Shown piece by piece: positions 29,722 to 39,444 of a stretch of DNA of 64,000 nucleotides. A model generated the notes under the pieces. That model had not been told where the DNA came from. It saw only the letters and a list, made by a program, of their open reading frames with translations, and searched no databases. The position numbers were made by a program, and so were the translations under genes. Source of the stretch: a bacterium (lineage in GTDB: Bacteria > Zhuqueibacterota > Zhuqueibacteria > Residuimicrobiales > Krinioviventaceae). Position 1 is the stretch's first letter. Every line of letters starts with the position of its first letter. Location: contig CAXXMD010000003.1 of assembly GCA_963675755.2 (NCBI GenBank), positions 2,176,001 to 2,240,000 on the forward strand, given 5' to 3'.

Positions 29722-31002
29722 ATGAAATTCCGGTTTACTGCAACAGTATTTATTTTGATGATTCTGAGCTTTTGTGCTTTTGCAGAATCCGGGGCAAGCC
29801 TGGGCATGGCCGGAGCGTATACATCCCTTGCACGTGGTGTAGATGCCATTTACTGGAACCCTGCCAATCTCGCTTTAAAAGATGGCAACCGGAGCGGCTC
29901 CATGATGTTATTGAATGCAAGTGCTGGTTTGGGTAACAATTCAATTAATCAGGCCATGTATAACGAATTTTTTACAAATGAGAACAAGGTTCTTTCAACT
30001 GAGGATGTGGATCGATTGCTGGCAAGTATTCCTGATGATAAAGGGCTGGAACTGGAAACGTTAACGGATATATCTTTGTTCTCATTTGCTTTTGGTAATT
30101 TTGGATTTGGATTTTCAACATCCAGTTATTCTCAATCGCATTTACCCAAGCAGGTTTTAGAAATACCTTTGCGGGGTATTTCTCCGCAAACCTATTTGTT
30201 TCAACCCGGTGCAACAGCAGAAGCGTTGGGTAAGGTTCATATTGCGTTTGGGAAATCCCTGATCCGTTATCAAACGTTATATGTTTTTAATCGACCTGTT
30301 TTAGACATTGATGATATTGCTATTGGTGCTCGCGTGTCCTATTTATTTGGATTGGGATCTTTTCGCACAGAGCAGGCATTTGTACAAACCCTGATAGATG
30401 ATCAGGGAGTGAGTGCCAGAGGTTCTTATTATGGTGTAGGTAGTATCAGCGAGAATGGCAGTATTCCCGGATCGGGTTTGGGTCTGGATGTGGGTTTGTC
30501 AGTAACCACGCCAGAACAATATACATTTTCAATTGTTGTAAGAAATTTGTACCAGCAGGTAACCTGGCGGGAGAATACTCGGGCATATTCCGGTGAGTTG
30601 GATACCGGTGCCCCCAGGTTTATTTTCGGTGATGACGGCATCACTGATCTTGATGAAGAAGAGATTTTTACCGATTCTGAAATCGGTTTAAAAGAATATG
30701 TTACAAGCAGTCCGCGTGATGTGAGGGTAGGATTGGGACGAAGCGGACGGTTTGGCATGTATGCCCTTGAATTGGGAAGTCGATACCAGCGGTTTTTGGC
30801 CGCTGCGGGTGGCGGTGTTTCATGGGCAATGTTTCACCTGTTCGGCGGGATACGGTATTGCGGTGATCCGTATTACCATGGTGGACTGGGACTGGGTGGA
30901 AAAGCGTTTATGCTTGATGTGGGAATAGCGAGTAGAGGTGGTGTAACGCAGAACGCTTCCAAAGGTGTGGTCCTCGCCGGCAGTTTAAAAGTTGGGTGGT
31001 GA
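29722..31002 (+). CDS. Outer-membrane beta-barrel (FadL/PorV/DUF5723-like)
   Basis: Signal peptide; N-terminal SLGMAGAYTSLARGVDAIYWNPANL; GLGLDVG; terminal aromatic residue (KVGW). Confidence 0.75.
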   Translation: MKFRFTATVFILMILSFCAFAESGASLGMAGAYTSLARGVDAIYWNPANLALKDGNRSGSMMLLNASAGLGNNSINQAMYNEFFTNENKVLSTEDVDRLLASIPDDKGLELETLTDISLFSFAFGNFGFGFSTSSYSQSHLPKQVLEIPLRGISPQTYLFQPGATAEALGKVHIAFGKSLIRYQTLYVFNRPVLDIDDIAIGARVSYLFGLGSFRTEQAFVQTLIDDQGVSARGSYYGVGSISENGSIPGSGLGLDVGLSVTTPEQYTFSIVVRNLYQQVTWRENTRAYSGELDTGAPRFIFGDDGITDLDEEEIFTDSEIGLKEYVTSSPRDVRVGLGRSGRFGMYALELGSRYQRFLAAAGGGVSWAMFHLFGGIRYCGDPYYHGGLGLGGKAFMLDVGIASRGGVTQNASKGVVLAGSLKVGW

Positions 31003-31018
31003 TGATGGGAAGTGGGGA

Positions 31019-31135
31019 TGCCCTGGGGAGGTCGGGATGGCCTTTCCAGGGCAAAAATAACTCGAAACCGATGTGATGTTGTGCGGATGGGTAAGCCCCA
31101 TTCAAAAGCAAAAGGCTTTTGAGTGGGGCTTTATT
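31019..31135 (+). terminator. Two tandem hairpins after the barrel gene; the second is terminator-like
   Basis: TGCCCTGG...CCAGGGCA (~31019-31052) and a 17-bp stem AAGCCCCATTCAAAAGC / GCTTTTGAGTGGGGCTT (31093-31131) followed by T-rich sequence. Confidence 0.7.
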
Positions 31136-31400
31136 ATTTATACTTGTTAAATACACAATAATTATTTATAATATAAAGCCAAGTACTCCTTCCAAATAAA
31201 AAGTGAATTTGTGTTAGATGTGAATTGTCTGGATTATGTAGATGATAACAATACAGTTCCTTTTTTCCTTTTTATAAAATCCAGTGTTATTATTTAATAT
31301 TTTTTGAACCAGGGGACTAACCTGGCATATCTTGACAATTCAGCTTTGATGTGCCGGATACAACCAATATTGCTATTGTATTAACCTTTAGGGGAAAACC

Positions 31401-34373
31401 ATGAAAATGATGAATTTGATTGTAACGTCTTTATTAATGATTATTCTATTTTCAAATCTTCTCTTTGCAGATCAGCAATCAAATGAAATACTTGCAAAGC
31501 TTCATCGTATGGCGGAGCAGGGGCAGATTGACTCGCATCAACTGGAGCGATTCCTGCGGCAATATGATCTTGAGGATTATGATTTTGAAACGTCTGATAT
31601 CCTGAGAGATTTGAAAAGCAGAGTGCCTGCTGATGATTGGGAATTGTATGTTAGATATATTGATGAAATGACTAAGCAATACGAAAATCCAATGTTCTTG
31701 TCTGAACAGAGATCATCTCCATTTGACCGGTATACAGAAAGCACAATAGCTATTATACTTGAAGAATTTCAAGTGAACGAGAATGCAGGGAAAAGTGATA
31801 AAAATCATCCATGTGTCGTGGCTGACGGCAGCGGCAATTTTGTTGTCGTTTGGGAAGATTATCGTAACATGAATCCTGACATCTATGCGCAGCGATATGA
31901 CAGCAGTGGCCAGGCCCTTGGAGATAAATTTTTAGTCAATGATGATGGAGGCTTTTCTGAACAAGAGTTTCCATTAATAGCTATGAACGACAGTGGTAAT
32001 TTTATTATCACCTGGAGGGATGAACGAAACCATTATTACTATCGCGATATTTATGCGCAGCTATATAGCAGCAGCGGTGAGCCACTGGGAGATAATATTA
32101 GAGTAACTGAGGTAGGAACATTTTGGCTGTCTGGTCCATCAGCAGTCATGGACAATAACGGCAATTTTATCATTACCTGGAAAGATGATCGTAACGATAA
32201 CGATGATATTTTCGCGCAGCGCTACAACAGCAGCGGTGAAGCCCGGGGAGACAATTTCCTGGTCAATGATGATGAAGTTACATCTGATCAATATGGTACA
32301 TCAGTAGCCATAAACGACAGTGGTAATTGTATAATCATCTGGCTGGATGAGCGTGATGGAGGAAGCAATGGCTATATATACGCACAACTCTATGACAGCA
32401 ATGGCCAGGCCCTGGGTAATAATTTTCTGGTCAGTGATGAAGAGGGTTATGATTGGCATGGTAATCTCTCTGTTGCTATGGATGACAGTGGTAATTTTGT
32501 AATCATCTGGGAAGGCGAGAGTAACGAGTATATAGATGTTTATATGCAGCTATTCAACAACAATGGCCAACCCCGGGGAGAAAAAACTCTGGTCTATACT
32601 GATGAGAACAGAGAAGGTAGACTAAACTATCCTTCTGTTGCCATGGATCAAATAGGTAATTTTATCATCACCTGGCAAGTTATTTACAGATATGATAAAA
32701 TTTATAATAGTGTCATCTATGCAAAACAGTATGATCGCAGTGGTGAGGAGCTTGGTACAAGTTTTGTTGTCAATGAATCTAATTCCTGGATATTTTATCC
32801 ATCAATAGCCATAGGTAAAACCGGTAATGTAATTATTACCTGGGAGGATTATCGTAACGATTTCCATGACATCTACGCGCAGCTATATAACAGCAGCGGC
32901 CAGCCACAGGGAGGTAATTTTGCGGTTACTCTTGATGATGGCAGCGGCTTGCAGAAAGATCCCTCCATTGCTATTAATAGCAGCGGCAACTTTGTCATTG
33001 CCTGGGAAGATGAACGCAATGGTTATTCTGGCGATATATACGCACAGCTATATAACAGCAGCGGCCAGGCCCGGGGAGGTAATTTTTTAGTAAATGATTT
33101 TGAAACTTACACTTCACAATATGATCCTTCTGTAGCTATGGACGATAGCGGCAATTTTGTAGTTATCTGGACAGATTCACGTAATGATTATAATGAAAAT
33201 ATCTTTGCACAGTTGTATAATAGCAGCGGTCAGATCCGGGGGGATAATTTTCCGGTCGGATCTGTTCAAGATAGCATTGGAAGAGATTCTCCAGCAGTGG
33301 CTATGAACAGCAGTGGAGATTTTGTTGTTACCTGGCGTGAATATAATAGATATGTTGGCGGCTTTTATATCTATGCGCAGCATTTTAATAGCAGCGGCCA
33401 GGCCCAGGGAGGCGCATTTTTAGTCAATGATGATGATAATAGCCATGATGCAAAACGAACTCCATCCGTAGCTATTGACGACAGCGGCAACTTTGTCATT
33501 GCCTGGGATGATGACCGTAATGGTGATTGGAGCGATATCTATGCACAAGGATACAACAGCGAAGGTCAGCCTCTGGGTATTAATTTTCAAGTCAATGATG
33601 AGCCAGGCGATCATAGTGATAGTCCTCCATCCGTGGCTATTAACGATAGCGGAAGTTTTATCATTACCTGGCGTAAAGGTTATAATAACGAAGCAACAAG
33701 GGATATTTACGCGCAACTTTACAAGAGCATCGGCCAGGCTCAGGGTAAGAATTTTTTAGTTAATGATGCTATTGATGGAAAAGAACAGAATAGTCCGTCA
33801 GTGTCTATGGATAGCAGTGGTAATTATATTATCATTTGGGTAGATGAGCGTAATGGCAATAGAGAAATATACGCACAAAGATTTGATAAAGAAGGGAAAA
33901 TTGATCAAAATTTTAGATTACACCCGTACAATCGATATATATCTTATTCTGATCATGATGTGGTATTGTTAAATAATAAAGTCATAATTACATGGGCAGA
34001 TTATATTGTTAGGGGGCAGGGGTATGATGTATTAGCCAAAATGTATGAATTTAAAGAGCCCGTTACTGTTGTAGACGAGCCAGGCCAGCAAATCGATTCT
34101 TTTGAATTGCTGAATTGTTATCCGAATCCGTTCAATATGTCGACAAGCATAGACTTTAATGTCGCAACCGCTGCTGATGTAACCCTGGATATATTTAATA
34201 TACGTGGCCAAAAAATTAATGAATTATTTAGCGGTTTTAAAAATGCCGGCAAACACCGTCTTGTATGGGACGCAACAGATCAATATGGCGCCCAGGTATC
34301 CAGTGGCATTTATCTGGTTGAAATCCGGGCCGCTGGGTTTAGAAAAGTACAAAAAGTAGTTCTGGTGAAATAA
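31401..34373 (+). CDS. Secreted repeat protein: 14 ~55-aa repeats (probable beta-propeller blades) plus C-terminal T9SS/FlgD-type sorting domain
   Basis: Signal peptide; repeat consensus PSVAMDDSGNFVIxWxDxRN..DIYAQLYNSSG; CYPNPFN...IFNIRGQKI...SSGIYL...KVVLVK. Confidence 0.85.
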   Translation: MKMMNLIVTSLLMIILFSNLLFADQQSNEILAKLHRMAEQGQIDSHQLERFLRQYDLEDYDFETSDILRDLKSRVPADDWELYVRYIDEMTKQYENPMFLSEQRSSPFDRYTESTIAIILEEFQVNENAGKSDKNHPCVVADGSGNFVVVWEDYRNMNPDIYAQRYDSSGQALGDKFLVNDDGGFSEQEFPLIAMNDSGNFIITWRDERNHYYYRDIYAQLYSSSGEPLGDNIRVTEVGTFWLSGPSAVMDNNGNFIITWKDDRNDNDDIFAQRYNSSGEARGDNFLVNDDEVTSDQYGTSVAINDSGNCIIIWLDERDGGSNGYIYAQLYDSNGQALGNNFLVSDEEGYDWHGNLSVAMDDSGNFVIIWEGESNEYIDVYMQLFNNNGQPRGEKTLVYTDENREGRLNYPSVAMDQIGNFIITWQVIYRYDKIYNSVIYAKQYDRSGEELGTSFVVNESNSWIFYPSIAIGKTGNVIITWEDYRNDFHDIYAQLYNSSGQPQGGNFAVTLDDGSGLQKDPSIAINSSGNFVIAWEDERNGYSGDIYAQLYNSSGQARGGNFLVNDFETYTSQYDPSVAMDDSGNFVVIWTDSRNDYNENIFAQLYNSSGQIRGDNFPVGSVQDSIGRDSPAVAMNSSGDFVVTWREYNRYVGGFYIYAQHFNSSGQAQGGAFLVNDDDNSHDAKRTPSVAIDDSGNFVIAWDDDRNGDWSDIYAQGYNSEGQPLGINFQVNDEPGDHSDSPPSVAINDSGSFIITWRKGYNNEATRDIYAQLYKSIGQAQGKNFLVNDAIDGKEQNSPSVSMDSSGNYIIIWVDERNGNREIYAQRFDKEGKIDQNFRLHPYNRYISYSDHDVVLLNNKVIITWADYIVRGQGYDVLAKMYEFKEPVTVVDEPGQQIDSFELLNCYPNPFNMSTSIDFNVATAADVTLDIFNIRGQKINELFSGFKNAGKHRLVWDATDQYGAQVSSGIYLVEIRAAGFRKVQKVVLVK

Positions 34374-34398
34374 ATTATAAAATATCAATATGTTTTGA

Positions 34399-34434
34399 CC
34401 GTGACGGAGATGAGCAACGCGATCTCCGTCACGG
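34399..34434 (+). repeat. REP-like hairpin A, solitary copy between convergent genes
   Basis: CCGTGACGGAGAT-gagcaacgcg-ATCTCCGTCACGG, 13-bp stem; same family as eight other copies in the window. Confidence 0.9.
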
Positions 34435-34448
34435 GGAACAGATAATCC

Positions 34449-36227
34449 CTAATATGCTATTCTATATTCCCCACCTATATATTCTTTTGTTCTAATAATT
34501 AACAAGTGCTTGTCAGAATCATAACTCCATTTTTGTGAATTCAGTGCTTTATCATCCAATTGCACGGATTTGGGTGCGGTTTCTGACTTTATCCGTAATA
34601 TATGCGGTTTGTGAACACCGTCTAATTGGATTTGCAGTGCGTCTTTTGTTTGCGAGACAGTTATTGTTGTACTGCCGGATTTGTCGGGATGGTGCACGGT
34701 AAAGCTGTTTTTATCGTCGGGATAGATGAGCAGCGTGAGATATTCGTTAGATTGTTCATCACCGAATCCGGTATAATCCCGGCTGATGTGCATGGGGAGG
34801 ATTGCGCCTTCACGGATGAACACGGGATATTCATCGAGTGTGAATTTCTGTTCAAAGGCTGTGGGGCCGGTAATAACGGTTTCATCATCAAACCAATAGC
34901 GCCATTTACCTTTGGGCAGTTGGATGGTGTTGCTGTACGAGTCCTGATAGATGGGTGCGATGAGCAGATCGTCACCAAAGAGGTAATGGTACTTGCCTTT
35001 GACGGGACGCTGCAGCGGTTTACCACCATTGTGACATTCCACCACATGACTGTACATATAGGGGATGAGCTCGGTGTGCAGCCATGAATATTTACGGATA
35101 ATGTCCAGCTCCTCCGGAGTGCGCATCCACAAGCGGCGCTCGCCGTGACCACCGTTCATAAACAGTCCGCAAAAAGTTGAGAACTGCGTCCAACGGATGT
35201 AAAGTCGCGGAGGAATGGTCCTGCCGCTGAATCCGGCAATGTCTGATCCGATGACACAGTAGCCCAGTTCGGCACTACCGAGGATGTCGCGCATGGCTTC
35301 TTCAATTCCACCGGCACCCTGAATCACCAGTTCCTCGTTGTGGGTTGTATCCAGCCCTTCGCCTTCCTTGGTAGTGCGCCAGGTATGGGTTTGATCGCCC
35401 ACCCAGGTGACAGGGGCGGCGTCTATGGGCGCGAATCCTTCCGGGTGGGTCCAGGGACGGTCCATGGCACGGGACAAGGTTACAAATTCAGGATTCTGTT
35501 CCAGTCCCCAGTGGTATTCGTCACGATAGTAATGGTCCATATAGCCGCGTGTGGTCATCCAGCCTTTATATGTTTTCTGATACGGAAAGTAGAGTCCTTG
35601 CCATTTGCTGGTGAAAAAGAGTGCGGTACCGTCCAGTTTCCAGCCGTCAATACCCAGATCAAAAATATTTTGCTGCATACCTCGCCACCAGTTCAGGGCA
35701 TCGGGATTTGTATAATCGATGAATCCCCCTTTGCCTTTCCACCATTTCATCTGGTAGCCGTCGCCGACAAGATAACCGTTTGCTTTGGCTTGTTGATACC
35801 AGGGAGTTGAATCTTTAATCGCTGAATCCTTGCTATAGCTGTTCACCATGGTGGTCATCCACAGTACGGTGCGGTAGCCCTCGTTTTCCAGCTTTTTGAA
35901 CCAGTTGACCGGATCGGGATAGCGGGTGGTATCTATATTAAAATCGTTGAGGCGGGTGCTCCACGGGCTGTCTATGATGATAGTCCGTACCGGAATATCA
36001 TGCTCACGGTAACCGGCAAGCAGCTCATCCACATAATCCGAAGTGTTGACATCGTCTTCCCAGAGCCAGCATTCCAGCGCCCAGGGGGGTGTCAATGGCG
36101 GATTGCCGTGCCGCTGTGCGTTAAAGGGCATTCCCCAAAAGGGCAGAACAATATATAAGTATGAGATTACGAGCAAGAGGAGTACTAGTGAACCAAAAAT
36201 TCTGAAAAACCATTTGAAAAATTTCAT
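34449..36227 (-). CDS. Glycoside hydrolase family 31 (TIM barrel)
   Basis: IIIDSPW, YPDP, IDYTNPDALNWW, nucleophile motif IDGWKLDG, WVGDQ, GSDIAGF, LYIRWTQF, YLFGDDLLIAP. ATG 36227 preferred. Confidence 0.9.
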   Translation of the reverse strand: MKFFKWFFRIFGSLVLLLLVISYLYIVLPFWGMPFNAQRHGNPPLTPPWALECWLWEDDVNTSDYVDELLAGYREHDIPVRTIIIDSPWSTRLNDFNIDTTRYPDPVNWFKKLENEGYRTVLWMTTMVNSYSKDSAIKDSTPWYQQAKANGYLVGDGYQMKWWKGKGGFIDYTNPDALNWWRGMQQNIFDLGIDGWKLDGTALFFTSKWQGLYFPYQKTYKGWMTTRGYMDHYYRDEYHWGLEQNPEFVTLSRAMDRPWTHPEGFAPIDAAPVTWVGDQTHTWRTTKEGEGLDTTHNEELVIQGAGGIEEAMRDILGSAELGYCVIGSDIAGFSGRTIPPRLYIRWTQFSTFCGLFMNGGHGERRLWMRTPEELDIIRKYSWLHTELIPYMYSHVVECHNGGKPLQRPVKGKYHYLFGDDLLIAPIYQDSYSNTIQLPKGKWRYWFDDETVITGPTAFEQKFTLDEYPVFIREGAILPMHISRDYTGFGDEQSNEYLTLLIYPDDKNSFTVHHPDKSGSTTITVSQTKDALQIQLDGVHKPHILRIKSETAPKSVQLDDKALNSQKWSYDSDKHLLIIRTKEYIGGEYRIAY

Positions 36228-36292
36228 AAAAATCCTTTTCTCTGTATCAAGTATTTTAAAAAGAATTCTGCTAGGGTGCAAGCAGTAAATCA

Positions 36293-36321
36293 TTGAACAA
36301 TGGCAAATTTTGCTTTATATT
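36293..36321 (+). promoter_or_regulatory. Putative sigma70 promoter of the ATP-grasp gene
   Basis: TTGAAC-N17-TATATT about 40 bp upstream of the ATG; AAGGGAG RBS. Confidence 0.45.
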
Positions 36322-36358
36322 AATAGATGAAATTATCAGTTGAGCAACAAGGGAGTAT

Positions 36359-37375
36359 ATGAGTTTTCAACCGGACCAAATGCGCAATATCAAACGAGCC
36401 TGCGAGGCAGCGGGATACCGCTTTGTCAACTGCGATGAGCATTCGGGCTATCTTGCACGGGTGGAGCATGGAGACCAGTTTGTATATTTGGGTACCGGGG
36501 CTATTTGCGCGTATCCCCTAAACAGTGCTACCGCGTTTACACTGGCAACGGATAAAACGTTTACCTACCGGATCTTGTCGGACGCGGGATTACCGGTGCC
36601 TGTGGGAGAATCGTTTTTTATTACAGAACGCTTCTCGGGATTGCGGGGCGGGGGCAAGTCTTTGGATGCTGCCAGAGACTATGCAGGAAAACAGGGATAC
36701 CCATTGTTCGTCAAGCCGAATTCGGGGTCTCGGGGAGCTTTTGCCCGGATCGTTCAAAATGATGATGAATTGGTGCAATCTTTAAAATCCATGTGCCAGA
36801 GTCATTATATGGCGATTGTGCAGGAAATTGTGAGGGGAGAGGAATTCCGGATTTTCAGTATTGATGGTGTTCCCCAATTTGCTTACCGAAAACGTAAACC
36901 CGTATTGTATGGCGATGGTAAACACTCTGTCAAGCAGCTGGTGGATTCTCTAAATCGGGAACGAAACAGCAGGGGACTCGATCCGTTGTCGCTGGATCAA
37001 GGCGAGTTGGCAAACCATATGGCGAATCAGGGCTTTACCGCAAGTTCGGTGCTTTTAGAGGGTGAGACTTTGCAATATACATCGGCTTTGACCATAAGCG
37101 AAGGCGGCGAGGTTTTGGATTTTACAACCGAACTGACTGAATCTGTTCGGTTACTTTGTGAGACGATTACGACGCAATTGGACTTGCGGGTGTTTGCAGT
37201 GGATTTGATCTCACAATCCGACAATGTGGGGGATTTACCAGACGATTATAAAATTATCGAGGTGAATGCCAATCCCTCCATGACCAGTCTGGAGAAAATG
37301 GGACGAATGGATGTGATTGAAAAGATCTGGGGAGACATTCTGGGGAAATATTTTACTGAAAAAGGGATGATTTAA
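36359..37375 (+). CDS. ATP-grasp ligase resembling the cyanophycin synthetase/GshAB ATP-grasp domain
   Basis: LATDKTFTYRILSDAGLPVP, GYPLFVKPNSGSRG, VQEIVRGEEFRI, lid insert VLYGDGKHSVKQLV...ISEGG, AVDLI, IIEVNANP. Confidence 0.85.
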   Translation: MSFQPDQMRNIKRACEAAGYRFVNCDEHSGYLARVEHGDQFVYLGTGAICAYPLNSATAFTLATDKTFTYRILSDAGLPVPVGESFFITERFSGLRGGGKSLDAARDYAGKQGYPLFVKPNSGSRGAFARIVQNDDELVQSLKSMCQSHYMAIVQEIVRGEEFRIFSIDGVPQFAYRKRKPVLYGDGKHSVKQLVDSLNRERNSRGLDPLSLDQGELANHMANQGFTASSVLLEGETLQYTSALTISEGGEVLDFTTELTESVRLLCETITTQLDLRVFAVDLISQSDNVGDLPDDYKIIEVNANPSMTSLEKMGRMDVIEKIWGDILGKYFTEKGMI

Positions 37376-38727
37376 AAGAATAACAAATCATCCGGTTTTT
37401 TACCTTCCAGTATCGCTTTGGCCTCTACGGCCAGAAATAATCCACCTGCTACCAAAATTACTGGATTTGCATGTTCTGATGCTATTTCTTGAGCGCGTTC
37501 AATGGCTTCTTTTACCGACAGGGTTGATTGGCATGATAGAGATGGATATGCTTGCTTGACGATTGATTGTACTTCTTTCGGATCACTGCCCTTGTGATGT
37601 GCCTGGGTACAGATAACCGTATTGGCAATACTGCCCAGCAATTCGATAATGGGGGCGACGTTTTTGTCCGCTGATACACCGGTAACCAGTATGACCTGTT
37701 GATCTTTGAACAGGTCCCGGGCGGTTTTCAGCATGGTACGGATTGCATCCGGGGTGTGGGCAGTGTCTATATAGAGGGGAGGAGCATCCTGCAGCTTTTC
37801 GAGTCGGCCATTTGTGGGGAGCGTGGCAAATGCAGATTGGATTGCGGATTTCAAGGATTCCAGTGCTGGCGGTTTCTGCTGATCCTGCAGCCAGTTCTGC
37901 ACAGCCCGGATTGCCAGAATGGAATTGCCAATCATGTGCTCACCCGGCATGGAATACGAGATGTTGTTGAAAGCAATGCCATCGATTGTAAAGGAAGCGG
38001 TCATGCTCTGCCCGGTATAGTCAATGTTGTGGATGGTGGCGATCTCTGTTAAAAATTCGGTACGGACATTCCGGAGCGTGTTATAAGAATCAAGTTTTTG
38101 CCGCAATGTCTCATCTACTTTGCCGATGATCAGTTTGCCTTCTGGGGGACAAATGTCGCTTTTGTCATAGGCGATCAGTTCAAGCGAGTTGCCCAATAAC
38201 GCGGCGTGCTCCAGATCTACCGAGGTCAAAACAGCGGTGCTACCTTGTGCGAGTCGGGTTGTGTCATAGCGTCCGCCAATGCCGGCTTCCAGAACCATTA
38301 CGTCAACGTGTTGTTCCGTGAAATACAGCATGGCAGTGATGAATAATAATTCAAATCGTCCAAACTTTTCGTCCGGATGTGTTGTCTCGTACTGGTTGAT
38401 TCGGTCCAAACCGGATTTTAACAGTCGGTACAGCTCGGAGGTAGGGATGGTTTTTCCGTTTACCCGGAACCGCTCGTTATACGCAAAAAAGTGCGGCGAG
38501 GTAAAGAGTCCGGTTTTGAATCCCAGTTTTGTGAGCAACGCTGCGGTAAACTCGGCAGTCGATCCCTTGCCGTTAGAGCCGGTAATGTGAATGGCCGGGA
38601 TGCGCCGGTGCCAGTCCGGTCCCAGCGGCTCCTGCAACACGGCGTTAGTCCGATGCAGTCCAATACCACTGCCGTATTTGGGGATGGCATGAAGGAGCTC
38701 TGTGATTTGGGTGTACGGTTCGTTCAT
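37372..38727 (-). CDS. FolC-like (Mur ligase superfamily) amide ligase, divergent
   Basis: HITGSNGKGST, GLFTSPH..YNERF, LEAGIGGRYDTT, GRLE, IDTAHTPDA. Confidence 0.85.
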   Translation of the reverse strand: MNEPYTQITELLHAIPKYGSGIGLHRTNAVLQEPLGPDWHRRIPAIHITGSNGKGSTAEFTAALLTKLGFKTGLFTSPHFFAYNERFRVNGKTIPTSELYRLLKSGLDRINQYETTHPDEKFGRFELLFITAMLYFTEQHVDVMVLEAGIGGRYDTTRLAQGSTAVLTSVDLEHAALLGNSLELIAYDKSDICPPEGKLIIGKVDETLRQKLDSYNTLRNVRTEFLTEIATIHNIDYTGQSMTASFTIDGIAFNNISYSMPGEHMIGNSILAIRAVQNWLQDQQKPPALESLKSAIQSAFATLPTNGRLEKLQDAPPLYIDTAHTPDAIRTMLKTARDLFKDQQVILVTGVSADKNVAPIIELLGSIANTVICTQAHHKGSDPKEVQSIVKQAYPSLSCQSTLSVKEAIERAQEIASEHANPVILVAGGLFLAVEAKAILEGKKPDDLLFF

Positions 38728-38773
38728 ACGTAAATATACGATGGATTATGGAGAAAAGAAAAGCGTTTTATTC

Positions 38774-39340
38774 ACCACAAAGCCGTAAAGAAGAACAGCC
38801 CACGAATACTCACGAAAAATAATTAACCACAGATAAACGCGGATGAACACAGATAGATGAAGATAAAGCCAAAACCCCCTTATCGTGACGGAGATAAGCA
38901 AAGCGTTCTCCGTCATGGAAAGAATTCATTCAGGAACCAGTGACTCTGACCTGGGACCCAAAGAGAAACTAACCACAGAGGCACGGAGGGCACGGAGAAA
39001 AATATAAAGGGGGGTCTGTAAAAGCAGTTAACCACTGATAAAGATATTTAAAACCCACACCCCCTTATCGTGACGGAGATAAGCAAAGCGTTCTCCGTCA
39101 TGGAAAGAATTCATTCAGGTACCAGTGACTCTGTCCTGGGACCCAAAAAAAATAACCACAGATAAACGCAGATGAACACAGACAAATGCAGATAAAGCCC
39201 ACACCCCCTGATCGTGACGGAGTTGAGCGAAGCGCTCTCCGTCACGGAAAGAACTCCAGTCAATTCATTCTGGTTCCAGTGGCTCTGCCCTGGAACCCAA
39301 AAACAATTAACCACAGATAAACGCAGATTAACACAGATGA
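38774..39340 (+). repeat. Composite repeat array 1: three A-B-C units
   Basis: Hairpin A at 38884, 39069, 39213; hairpin B (GGTTCCAG-tggctctgcc-CTGGAACC type) at 38933, 39118, 39272; AACCACAGA modules at 38825, 38971, 39030, 39154, 39309. Confidence 0.92.
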
Positions 39341-39444
39341 AAAACAATATGATTAATTGATATTGTTCCTATTTATTTGCTTGCATTTATTTTACAGAAT
39401 ACTTTCATTTAACTATTCCAAGCAATACTATAATGAGGGGTTAG

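Noticed and set aside
29719-29724. Amber read-through or pyrrolysine fusion of the lipoprotein and barrel genes
   Set aside because: The downstream ORF has its own GGAGG RBS and signal peptide; no pyl genes are visible.
31300-31375. Riboswitch in the leader of the repeat protein (CCAGG/CCTGG and GGCATATC/GATGTGCC stems)
   Set aside because: The stems are short and overlapping, with no recognisable aptamer consensus; an Rfam scan would be needed.
31401-34373. Diversity-generating retroelement target
   Set aside because: No reverse transcriptase or template repeat is seen, and the variation includes indels rather than adenine-specific substitutions.
39111-39347. 78-aa minus-strand ORF (MFFICVNLRLSVV...)
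   Set aside because: It is a translation of the repeat modules; ICVxLxL and VPGQSHWNQ recur in other array ORFs. Probably not a gene.
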